This document shows positions 1 through 12,290 of a stretch of 64,000 bases of DNA, piece after piece (positions within the stretch are counted from its first letter, which is position 1; every line of letters starts with the position of its first letter). The notes beneath the pieces were generated by a model. The model made no database searches. It saw only the letters and a program-made list of their open reading frames with translations, and had not been told where the DNA came from. This DNA is from Lingula anatina (taxonomy: Eukaryota > Animalia > Brachiopoda), in assembly GCA_051362555.1 (NCBI GenBank), contig CM120640.1, forward strand, positions 1,798,001 through 1,862,000. Direction: 5' to 3'. Both the position numbers and the translations under genes were made by a program.

Positions 1-214
1 TTAATGCTACACATGCAGCAATAGATGGTGAGAGTGCTTAGAACATGGCTCTACTACCACAATGACCAATAATAAAAGCTGAAATAGGACTAGACATACT
101 TTCCAGCAACATGGTAAGGTATATACACTGTATCATCTCCAGTATAAAAACAATATTAAGTTATTTCACAGTAATTTTAACCTTTATTCAATGGCTGTGT
201 TTAGTAAGTTACTG

Positions 215-3200
215 CAAGGAGTTATAACAGAAGGAGATTACACGCAAGCCTCTCTATTGTCCGATGTCTGTTACGGTGGGCGGAGCTAGCTACGGGGGGC
301 CTCCTGTCTCAAGGTTTAGTCTGGGTCGCTCTCCTCCGCTTGGAGATTGATTTTATATGCGTTATTTCGCGTTAGAATTCGAGATCAGTAGTGTCAAAGC
401 GGCGCTGTATGCTGACGATTTTTTTCACAGGTAGTTATTTGGACGATGTGCTGGGAGGGAACGATATCGTAGAAAGCGATTATAAGGTGGTGACTGAGGA
501 TGGTCGCCATGAGTTTTTTTGAGTCGGTGATAGATGGCTTTTCTTTTGAACAACACAGTGAAAAATCACCAAGGATAAGTCAAAAGAAAACGTCCCAACT
601 GTGGTTTGTGAAAATGACATTCAAGTGAACGTCTGTCCTCACTGCCAAAGGGCATTATATTAATACATAAACGTTTGGACCCCCAGCCCTTTGGTCCCAT
701 AAACATATACATTGAGACAGTGCCTAAGCTTTGTGACTGGTTTTTAATTTCTTTAAGTATTTTTTTCTCTCACTCGGTATAATTTTAATATCATAATGCA
801 CTAAAGTGAAATTTTAATCTAAGGTTGAGGCAATTCCACGACATGTCAGTTTACTAAATACTCGTTATAAATTTCTTTATCTTGGAAATCTCCCTTTTAA
901 TTTTCAGGATTATTTTGACACATACTAACCCTTCTTATTTGTCGGTAAACAAGTGCACAGTGCTCAACATTAAGTATAATTTTTATTCATTCATAAATAT
1001 ATTTATATTCAAAATATATCAGAAATTTTAGTATTAACTGAGCTCTTTAAAGTGAAACAAATAAAGATGAGAATTTTGAATTTCAACTATTATTTACTAT
1101 ATTAACTTAAAATATCTTTTAAGTCAACTCTATACTCAAGCATCATGATAGTAGCATCTGTGAGTAAAACCATTTTATTATATCATTAGAAGAACAAAAA
1201 CAAAATTTTACACATAAGCAGTAATTAATGAAGTCATAAGAATGATTAAGTTGCTATAGTTTTCCAGTTTTATGCAGTCTGTGTTGGAATTTTTTTCAAC
1301 TGTGCAAATAGAAATAATTATATTCTTTTTTTATCTGACTTGCTGATACCAGTCTGTGCCAGATACTATTCCACTCACAGGCCAGCAAGGTCTGAGAATC
1401 TAATGGGCTGAATGAAAAAAAAAAACCCTAGAAGATAAAGTGGCTAATTCTTACAAATAGGATAAAAAACATGGGATTTTCAAAAGGTTATTATAAATCA
1501 AGAGAACACTTAGTAATTACATTTATAAAATGAACTGGAGTACATGTTACAGCTGAAAAAATTAACTGGGCCAGTAAGTGACTGCTTTAAAGAAATTTCA
1601 CTGAAACAGTCCAAATTTTACTGGCAATCAAGTAGACTGTTATACCATGGCACTCAACAAATTATATATAGGTTTTGATTTTTTTCCACGTGACAGTAAC
1701 ATAAAATTTATGTCAACTTTTGAAATGTATAGAGTCAGTTAGGTGACTGAAAATATTTTAAAATGCCATGAAGGAGCACTATTAATTTAATGCAATCTCT
1801 GTTGGCCAGTCTTATCCAGTTTCTTCTCCAAAAAGGACAAACCAAGTGAGAATTTCTTCAGGGCCCTTTCTTCTGCCTGCCAATGCCTTGCCACTCAGAA
1901 AAGAGAGAAACCTGTAGGTTAGAAAAAAAAAACATAATAATAGCATTATGAACTACTAGTATCCATGTAGACATTATGGAATTACGCAGTGAAGTTTAAT
2001 GTGTCTTGTTATGACTTGACTGAAATAATGTTCACCACATAAATGAACAATTTACAACTAAATTTATGTAGAATATCAAGATTCATGATCACAAGCTAAT
2101 AACCCCAAGAAATTGAAAGAAATTGTACTTATTACAAGAAATTATTTAAATCCGCCCTGGTTCCTACTCTTCTGACAGGACAAAAAGGGGATTTCAGAGA
2201 GGCTGGTTGCTAAAAGGAAAATACCCAAGGTTGTTGTATTTTGAAAAAAATTAAAAAGTGTACTGTTGTTAGTGAATGTTTAATGCATCTTAGGCATTAT
2301 GACAAAAGTAACTTACCCCAGACACGCTGACCTCCTTTTTTCATTGACATTTTTAAATTTTTTCCAGCCTGACCATAATTCATATATTCAATGCAGCTTT
2401 CTCCCATATCTATAATAGAAGAAAAAAAACTTGAGCAGTGTTAAGATATGCATGTAAAATTCATTATCAATAATGAGAGAATTTCTGTTTCAACACTGCA
2501 AGATGAAATATTTACTTTCAAGTAATGAATAAACCTTAATAGAGTTCTATTCTTTTGTAACCACCAAGGCAAAGCTTCTTTCTTAAAATGAACTGAAACA
2601 TCCAAGCTTGCCACCTAACATGCCAAAGTAGTGAAGTATAATTAAAGTAGAGAAGCAAGTACCCCTTAATTATAGAGGTGTCTTACACAATAAGGTGTGT
2701 CTTACACACCTTGACTCAAAGGGAGATGTGTAGTGAGATAACAGGTAAAGTAATTGGTGGAGCCTAGGTGAACTTAAGACTTTAAATTAAGAAGCACCAG
2801 GATTCATGTGTGTTCTTTTTTCAAAGGTTTAATATGAATTAAAACATATATATGTAAAAAGAAGACTAAATAAGTTAAAAAATAACTATGCCATTAAGTC
2901 AAACTTCCTGTTAGACCGCCATGATGGAAAATGCTGGGTGGAGGCAAAATTTTCCAGTCAAAAAAACTGAGCACTTTACTTTAACAACAAAGTTACCACT
3001 CCAAAGCCAGCCACCATGGTGAGAAGAAAAATGATGACCAACTGTCATGATAAGTCTTTTTAGATTTAAACATGAAAAAGGTAAAGGCCAAAATGGTACA
3101 TTTACCCATAACACTAGAGTAAAAAATTGGTATTATGAACAAATCAGGTTATTTTTTTCAAGAAATATTGGAGCAGTATCCATGCAATATATACCACGCC

Positions 3201-4080
3201 ACGACCAAGATGTTCAAGAATCTAAACACACCAAATTTTTTTATAATCTTGCATTTGAAAAGTACAAAAAGCGGTAAGGCTTTTGGCCGTAACAAGCGTA
3301 ACACTTTTGATCGGAACTCATGAAAATTGTCAATTGTCGTATCCAAGCTAGACCACATGTAAAATCGCAAAAAAAAACAATACTGCTCAAGCAAGTGTGT
3401 TGCACACATAACAATTAGTTAAATTTTATGACTGTCATGTGACACAAGTTTCAAAAAGTAGGAGGAAAATGTCTTTTGGAGTAATTTTTTTTCGAAATAT
3501 TAACAAGATGGCGGCTTAAGCATCTGCTTGTTATTCGGCTACTGAAAGTGCACCTAAGTTTTATTCTTTGCTATTGCCACAAATTACTTAACAATTGCAA
3601 CTGTATAAAGACCAAACTTTCTTCATCTGATACTATATTTATAAGCACTTGTTATGAGTGGGAATTATTTTTCATGCAATATTTATGCTCCACACACCAC
3701 CTCGCGAGATCGACGTGGAGCTGGACACTTACACAGTGAGACCCCACGGCATAAAAGTTGCAATTTATCTTCATATTTCGAGTAGTTATGCATTTAAAAG
3801 CACTTACCTGTTTTTTGAAAACCTTGTCCAACGTAATATCATATAAATTCTGTATTTCTCTCATTTTTTAGAAACTTGGGACTCCGTTTCTGTTTCTGTC
3901 CTCAAAAATCAACAGACGAAGGCACAGATACTAACAAACGAGATTTAAACGAGAGTAGCAATTAAGCGTAACAGAGATAGGCATCCATTGTTCTCTGGGT
4001 TCTATTCATTCCGACCAATGAGAGACCGTAATACGGGCTCCGCCCCCACGCGTGTAATCTCCTTCTGTTATAACTCCTTG
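215..4080. mobile_element. Non-autonomous DNA transposon, P-element superfamily type
   Basis: Perfect 31-bp terminal inverted repeats CAAGGAGTTATAACAGAAGGAGATTACACGC (215-245, reverse complement at 4050-4080). Flanked by the 7-bp direct repeat GTTACTG (208-214 and 4081-4087). CA...TG termini with a 7-8 bp TSD are typical of the P superfamily. No transposase ORF seen inside. Confidence 0.85.
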
Positions 4081-5969
4081 GTTACTGTAACAATTTGAAA
4101 TAATATTTCTGATACAATTACAGAATATGCACTTTTACTTGAAAATAAGAGGCAAGCAGAGGAAGCTCTTAATTTAGTGTTTAAATATTTGTAAAATATC
4201 CTGACAACAATCGACCAATAATGTCTTTATTCATATTAAGATAACTTATAACAAGTTACAATAATAAAAACAAATAAAAGTAACCCTTTACCAAATACCT
4301 GTGTATGTGTATATTACAGAAATATAATAAATTGGACCAAAAGAGATCATATTTCAAAATTAGCAGTGTTTAAACTAAATACTCACCATAGTGTTGTTTA
4401 TTTTTTTGTACAATCTAAAACAAGAAACTTTGAATATAAAATTTTTCAAAAGATATTTATGCTTAGTTCTCTCAATTTTTACTTGTGAGAATCAGTTCAC
4501 TAAAGTATCATTTTTTGTTTGGTCATGTATAAATCCATCATACTTGTCTCTCTAATGTGATACAAATTTTCTCAAATCACTATTCAGAGGTGAAAGAAAT
4601 CAGTCTATGTATGAACAACTACAGATAAGTTTGTTACCATTTCTTCCACACAACTTACACTTGTTATCAATTTTTATTTCCTTTGACCTCAGTGTATGGC
4701 ATGGTTTTATTGTAATACCTTGTAATACATGTTTTCAACATTATGGATGTAAGCTAAATATGATACATAACATGATACATCCTGTATCAATACTGAAGTG
4801 TGGAAGTTTTAACATACAATCACCCCAAGACATACAGTACGTTTAGCCAAAACCAAACTTAGATGCTCAGGGCATAAAAATTGTGCCGAACTTTTACAGC
4901 TGGTTTACCACACATGCTCAAAACTGATTCCATTTATTTCTACATTAAAAGAGAAAGGTTCATGCGCAGAGCAAAATAGAGAAAAAAATAATATACCTGC
5001 CCACTGCTATAAGCACAGAGAGAGAGGATATAAAGGTCTATGGTTTGGGCCTGCAGCAAAAAAATGGAGCAGACACCTTGTGCATTTATAATGGAGCTAC
5101 GTTTGCCTTGCAGATACAGAAGACCTCTGTAATATACCATGTGTTCCAGGAAGGCTATAAAACCAATGACTAATGTTACTGCTTATCCATTACTGACAGT
5201 GTGTGACCCCCTCCCACCTAAACTAACTCCCCGGAAAGCAATCGGTTGTCTGGACATAAAACACATTGTATGAGGGAAGAAATACTATTCAGTTGTTAAG
5301 AAGAAATATAGATCTACCATTGCCAACTATTTAGCTACCATAGGTCTGCATTCAGGATCAACATACAATGTCATTAACTTGTAGGTGTGGAAATCAATTA
5401 GCATATAAAATGACCAGCAGATCAAGTAGGTGGTTTTAAAATGCCACCAGAGCAGCAATCCTGTTACCATAGCTCCCAGCAAGATGGAAAAAACATGGAC
5501 CCTAGCTCTCAGAGCACTGGACAATTTTAATGGTATTTTTAAACAAATCTAATTCACAAATCCCCAAGTTCCCATTCTCTGCCAGTTCAGCACCAAATAG
5601 TGGTTTGTATCTATCTTATATTTTTCAATACACAAGATGTATAAGTTTTCATACACAATCTATTCAAAGTTTTTTTCCAAATTGCAGAAATGTACATACA
5701 ATTGACCAATTCAACCAATATATCATACTGAATAACAGATTCTACTTGAATTCCAATCTGATAAATACTTGGACTGATAAAACAATTCCTGAGGCAGCTA
5801 CCATATTATATTTTGTGGAACAGAGTACTTAATAAAATTTCTGTAAAGGAAAAGAAACAGTCTCCTTACTTAAAATTCTCTTTTTTTACTCGTTGTTATA
5901 TAAAACTGGCAGCCAACTAAAAGAAATTTGAAAAAGCAAGGCACTATGTCAGATATCACAATCTGTTCA

Positions 5970-8900
5970 TCATTCAGCTGTAAGCAGCAACTTGTCTCCA
6001 TTTATTGGCTGTAACTCTACTTCAGGGCTAGTCACAGGGGCACTGTTCAGCTGAGGGGTCACCTTTCTTTCTTGACTCTTCCTCAAAGGAACAGGAGTGT
6101 TGAAGGCCTTGAATGCATGCTGCACCTTGGCAGAGCTGTCAAATATAGAATTGAAAATAAATAAATAAATAATAAATAAGAATCAAACTGTCATTTTACA
6201 AAAGATTAAACAGGTTTGGAAGTGAACATGTCATGGACAACCAGAGCAGTAAAAGTGTTAATTAATATATTCAGACAGTCAGGTAATTTAGTTGACGGAT
6301 GCTAATGACTACTATGAAACATTCTTATCTGACCAGAGTATAAATCAAAGCCTCGGTAAAGGTGTCCAGAGTATAAACCAAAGCATGGGTAAGGCAGTCT
6401 CACCAGCGCACATATCTGGGTGTCATGGAGGAGGGCGTGTTCACTCCTACTAGAGCTTTCTGCTTAGCAATCCGAGGACTCCTCCGTACATACTGCTCTG
6501 ACATTACACGACCCATTGGAGACCTAGAGCAGGGTTAATACAGCCAGTAGATCAAAATGCTTTCTATATAAATTATCTATACACTAGGCTTAATTTTGGG
6601 TGTCTATCATATAAAAGGTAACAGAATAGCTTTTCATGTTAACACACACTATTTGGGTTGGAAGAAAAATGTATGAGGAAACAGGCCGATGGCCTTACGA
6701 CCAGGGGTCAGGGGGCCACTTATGATGGAAAACATTTGAAAAAAATCACATCTGTTTCTTCCAAGTTTTAATACCAAAACAACCATGTTAATAAACCCAT
6801 ACCTAATCTCTATTGCCTCTTGGTCTGCAGTGAATTGCACTGACAGCTGGTGAAGCCTATTGCCAATAGAGGTCACTGGTGTTCCTTTCTTCTGCAGAAC
6901 TTTCCTCACACCAGGACTTGCTTTTGCACTTGAACGCTGAGCATTTCTAAATGACTGGTTGGACGACATTGAGCGTCTGGGAGTTCCAGGAGTTGACAGT
7001 CTTCCACCCTGCTGCCCTGATCTTCCCTTTGAGTATCCAGACTTCCTCCTGTCTCCAGGTACCAGCTGTGGCTTATGCTGGGGTCTGGAACTCAGGGTAC
7101 CTCTAGTAGCAGTTCTGTTTCCTGAGGCACTTTGTGCAGGAGTGAATATGTTCTTGAATCTCTGAAATACACTGATTGGTTCATCTGTAAAACAAAAATC
7201 TCATTTTTAATGCGCTGTGCAATGGACACAAATTATCTGCTTATCAACATATTTGTTTTACTTCTTGTTCCTTGGCAATATTTCTGTTTGTTGTTTCCAG
7301 TTGATATTAAATTAATGATATAAAAAATTTGAATGAAAAAAGAATATAAAACAGCGTCATGGATATAAACAAAAGGAAAATAGATAGCATATGCACAATT
7401 TAAAGGGTACTTATTCTTCCTTCCTTTTTTTTTTTTTTTTTTTTTTTTGAATAAAGTTTTTTTAGATAAATTCAAAATAACTTTGGGAAGTTTAAGGCAT
7501 GTTATACTAAAGAGTATAATACACATTAAACCTCTAAAAATATCAAGGTAGTCTCTTTTAAAGATTTCAATTTTATCCTATAAGTTGAGCCTATCTAAGA
7601 AGAAGTCACCTTGTCTATGTCTCTTCCTATTCTGGTCTGGAGTATTCTCCCTGGAGGACAGCACCCTCCTCTTCCTGGCAGAGCTGGGTTTGTGTGCCTC
7701 CTCGTGGACTACCTCCAGCAGGCTGTCCAGCTCCCACTTCTCTACTCTGGTGTCCCAGAACACTGGCATAAACACCTCGTACCTACTCCTGGAGATAAAA
7801 AATATATAAATAAAAATGCTAAATAAAAATTAGCAACATCAACAACAATAATAATAAATAATAGCACTCTGAAGAATGTGTTTCCTTTGCCTGTTAACCT
7901 TTTTTTCCAAATTTTAAAAATTTACAATTTTACTATAAACTTAAATCTAAAACTTCATCAGAAAAAAAATTCATGCATAAAACAGTTATGTATGCCATAT
8001 CACTAAATACTTACAAAAATTTAAGCTGCACAGAACAGTTTATTTCCATTTGTTTATTTACTGTTTCACTATGCAGAAAAGACTTACTTCTCAGGAGGTA
8101 AGTGTAGCAGTAGCTGAACCATATGACAGAATTCCTCAGCTTCTACAAGGTCTGCTTCACAGAGTTTCATAATGGTCAGCGCTGCAGCAAAGATGGCACC
8201 TACACCTGAAGGTAGAAGTGATATATCTTATATTATAATGGATCCCAAGAAAGTTTTCTAAATACATATAGATTAAGACCTGTCCACACAGATCTTTAAA
8301 AATAATTCCACTATGTAATAAGTATGTAACTGATAGATGTGAACAAAGTACTCTCAATCTATTTCACATATAAAAAAATCCCCAACACTCTTGTTAAGTA
8401 TATGATCATAATATTACAGGATATGTAATACTTTAGGATAAGCCTGTCCCATATGCCAGTACTTACCTTCCAACATAAGCCTGTCCCATATGCCAGTACC
8501 TACCTTCCAATATAAGCCTGTCCCATATGCCAGTACCTACCTTCCAACATAAGCCTGTCCCATGTGCCAGTACCTACCTTCCAACATAAGCCTGTCCCAT
8601 ATGCCAGTACCTACCTTCCAACATAAGCCTGTTCCATATCCCGGTACCTACCTTCCAATATAAGCCTGTCTCATATGCCAGTACCTACCTTCCAACATAA
8701 GCCTGTCCCATATCCAAGTACCTACCTTCCAACATAAACGTGTCCCATGTGCCAGTACCTACCTTCCAACATAAGTCTGTCCCATATGTTAATACCTACC
8801 TTCCAACATAAGCCTGTCCCATATCCAAGTACCTACCTTCCAACATAAACGTGTCCCATGTGCCAATACCTACCTTCCAACATAAGTCTGTCCCATATGT

Positions 8901-11355
8901 TAATACCTACCTTCCAACATAAGCCTGTCCCATATGCCAGTACCTACCTTCCAACATAAGCCTGTCCCATATGCCAAGCACTGTGTCCCAGGAAGGGAGA
9001 CTGGTGAACAGACCCATGAACCATGGAGTTATATACAGTAGAGGGTCTAAGTCCTTGGAATCCTAAAAGAAAAGAAAACATGCCAAAGAAAAGGAAATAA
9101 AGTGAGAAAAAAACCAAATGTTTTCCTCAAACAGCAAGACAGCAATAGTGATTGATGTTACAGAGATTTAAGCATTCTTTGATAAAAGACAATTATATAG
9201 TTGCATTATTGTGAGTCTTTAATAATGCATGTGTCTTACCTTCCTGCTCTGCTATCAATATTCACACTGCTGTTCATAATTATCAACTATTCCACCACTT
9301 ATGAAAACCACAAACAATGTGGAAACAGTAATTACAATATTGGGAATGGAATTACTTATTCTACTCACCAAAAGTTGTGACAGACTGGGCAGTCTGTCTT
9401 TGAGCAATTTCTTGAAAACACTTGCATGAGACTGCACCCTGATTAAGTAAAAGGACAGGGCAAGGTGAATAACAGAGCTTCATAATATGTTCACTATAAC
9501 TGCCTTGTTTTGTGGTTGTAAGAAAATAAGTATGAAAATATGACCTAGTGGCTTTACTACCAGGGGTCTGAGAGCTGGTTAAGGCTGGATACTGCAAATG
9601 TCTATATCAGACTAAAATTCTAAAAAGGTCAACTTCTTACTTTTTGAGATGTGAATCAAAGAATCCCATCAGGTATTTCTGCCTCTCAAACAAAGCCACA
9701 GTGCACCAGAAGGCATCTTGTTCCTGCATGTGCATCAGGAGGAGACCAGAGATGAAACTCATACCTGCAAACACATTGATAAAACTTGTACAGGTCTGCA
9801 ATAACATTGGGCAGACATAATGGAATGAATGTGAGCCATGATCTCAGCCAAAATACTTTTTTATTCAACAGTTCAATATATTAGAATGTCAAAACACAAA
9901 CACGTTTTGTCATTATGGCCACCTTTTGAAAATCTTTGTTAGTTAGGGTTTATATATGCCCCACCCCCCAAAAAAATAAATAAATAAATTTTTTAATGAA
10001 ACCTTGCTGTCCTTGAGTACATGATAGAATTGGATTAACAACAATCAATGAAATAAAATATCCTGAAGTATACAACACTTGCCTTTAGGAAAAAATTAAG
10101 TATAATTTAATTCGAAATCAGGTTGTATTTCATTACCTTGGCAGTAACCAACTGCTGGATTGTATCTGACATAAGATGCTAAAACTCTGAAAAGTGACCC
10201 CTTGGTTTCCTTGGCTAGAGGCGTATTCTCCATAAACATCTTGTGTGTGGGGTAAGTTCTGCCTGGAATGATGGCATATTTCTTATGTAAAATTTACATA
10301 TTATTAATATTTGTCATTGACTGATATATGCCAGTTGTAAGAAACAAAATGACATTTTGCAAAAGGGAATTTCTTGTCAATACAAAATCTGTTACAAGAT
10401 AACAAATAAGATTAAATATTAATGTAATGTCAGTTTAATAAAGATTGTTCATATATAAACAAAGCAGTAGGAGATAAGTTATGTGTGCTGACATCAGCCA
10501 TACTTAAGTCTAAGAAAATCTGCCTAACAATATGTATGTCAATGCCGCCACCAGCCACTATCTGGTCATTGTCCTCATCTTCCAGCTCCCCAAGAGCATG
10601 GAGAACTTTCTTATTTCCATATTCACTAATTCCAAGGTCTACCAGCTGTTCTCTTATTGCTGCTACACTAGACTGGAATTAAATCATTATATTGTGGGCA
10701 TGTAAAAATACAGAGACAACAAGTCTGTAACAAATTACTTAAAACTTACACCATGATGTACAATAATATAGATGTACACAAGGAGGCACCTTATGGAACA
10801 AAATTCATAGATTTTCATTTCATTCAAGCAGACTACATATATCTATATATCTAGTATTCTATGCAGTCATGTTAAGAAAATATATCATAGCATTTAAAAC
10901 TAAATTGTTGACAAATATCTAAGGATGGGTAAAAGGTATCGTTACCTTATAGCAAAACTTAGATGTGGTCTTCAAGCTGTCCATCTCCAGTAAAGTCTGC
11001 CAGAGCCAGGACCTATGAGGGTCTGGTACACCTCCTTTACTCAGCATAGACCTCAACTGAAACATGTATACAACGGATGCAGAGCAGGACATTTTTTTAA
11101 TCTTTTATGCAGTTTATCTGTTGTTGTAATGTGTGGGAAAATATTAGTAGCTTATGTGCTTTATAATCTTGAGAAGCAAATTCAAATGTACCTTAGCAAA
11201 CTTTCTGTCAGCTTTGAGGTGATCCCAGTTTTTCATCAATTCTTCCCATTTCCCATCCTCATCTACACACCGCTCCAGTGGGTGCTTCCTGAATGTATAT
11301 TTTGAAAGACTGTACAATGATGAAAGTGGGTTAAAAACTGTACATAAACACGTGA

Positions 11356-11431
<76 letters not shown>

Positions 11432-12018
11432 CAAGAACATCAGTGGAAATACAAGAAGTGTAAATAGTGCTTAAAATCACACTTTTAGTTAACTCAAATT
11501 TTTTCCTCCAATGATATAACCCCGACCCCCTTGCCTCAGTTTGCGGCCTTACATGCTGTTATGGTACTGTTAGCATTTAACTTTTAAGGCTGCAAACTGA
11601 GGCAACCTTACCTCCACCCCAAAGCTCGTGCATGTACATATATTTCAAATTACAGCATGCCGATAATATATCAAGCACAGCATCAATTTTTATTGATCTA
11701 CGTCTGATATCTTGAACGTATACACGACTTGTTGATTATAACATTGATAGCTACTTACTGGTATGTATTGCACCTGGAACTTTTATTACCGGAGTTTTGA
11801 GCAAACACGGCAAAACCATATGAGTCGAATCCTTCTACACTCTCCAACCATTTTTCTCGAAGTTGTGAATAGCTAATGCTTTGATCTCCCGAATGCATAT
11901 TCTCTAAGGTGACTTACAGCTTTCAAGGGATAGTGATCAACGATAAAACATATAAGCACCATGAAATGTCAATAAAAGATTGAACTATTAGATAAATTCA
12001 CTTCAAAAATTCCGCCAT
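5970..12018 (-). CDS. TBC-domain Rab GTPase-activating protein with a disordered Ser/Arg/Pro-rich C-terminal tail (multi-exon; start codon uncertain)
   Basis: Hand-spliced exons give ..EGFDSYGF.. (~11760-11900), KWEELMKNWD (~11192-11308), GGVPDPHRSWLWQTLL (~10947-11057), QIFLDLSRTYPTHKMF (~10504/10262 junction, IxxDxxR arginine finger), [29 protein letters not shown] (YxQ finger), YITPWFMGLFTSLPSWDTVLGIWDRLMLEGVGAIFAAALTIMK. Further exons at ~7609-7788, ~6802-7184, ~6404-6522 and 5970-6135 (stop TGA at 5970-5972). Subfamily not assignable by eye. Confidence 0.9.
8438..8976. repeat. Tandem array, 37-bp unit x ~14.5, spanning a TBC-gene splice donor
   Basis: Unit ATAAGCCTGTCCCATATGCCAGTACCTACCTTCCAAC. 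On the minus strand this is 29 nt of exon end plus gtaggtac. Confidence 0.97.
11366..11427. repeat. (TA)n microsatellite
   Basis: Run of TA dinucleotides in a TBC-gene intron. Confidence 0.95.
11531..11605. other. 75-bp inverted repeat / hairpin
   Basis: TTGCCTCAGTTTGCGGCCTTA (11531-11551) matches the reverse complement of 11585-11605 at 20 of 21 positions. Confidence 0.8.
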
Positions 12019-12290
12019 GTTTTATATTTTCAACCGCACGAGGAACAGGACTAGGAATGATTAGAAAAAAATATAACATTTTATTACTATTCTAGAAAAA
12101 TAAAACCTAAAATGAGCAGGCAAATTTCAGATTTAAAATTTTCTCCATTTCGATGAAGTTAATAGACAGGTTAATTTTGATCATTTCGGAATAATGATCC
12201 TTCCTTTTTTTATATGTTGACCTCGTTTCCGTAAATAGGTCAATTTGGGTCAAAAACCTTGCAGACGACGTGTTTATAAATACAAGACAA
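12019..12290. promoter_or_regulatory. Putative bidirectional promoter (TBC gene / M1AP)
   Basis: Head-to-head start regions only ~270 bp apart. Locally more CpG than the flanks. A YY1-like AACATGGCGG lies on the minus strand at ~12012-12021. Confidence 0.55.

Noticed and set aside
1-120. Possible exon at the window start (ATG|gtaagg at ~113)
   Set aside because: Too short, and no recognisable protein motif.
2888-3520. Possible nested repeat inside the P-like element (GCCATGATGG...CAAGATGGCGGC)
   Set aside because: No convincing TIR pair or TSD could be defined by eye, and the overlapping short ORFs have no recognisable motifs.
6333-6395. Two-copy CCAGAGTATAAA.CAAAGC..GGTAA duplication next to a TBC donor
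   Set aside because: It is entirely intronic and does not include the exon end or GT, so it was not counted among the donor arrays.
8438-8976. 37-bp repeats as a CRISPR array
   Set aside because: Units are head-to-tail with no unique spacers, the context is a eukaryotic intron, and there are no cas genes.
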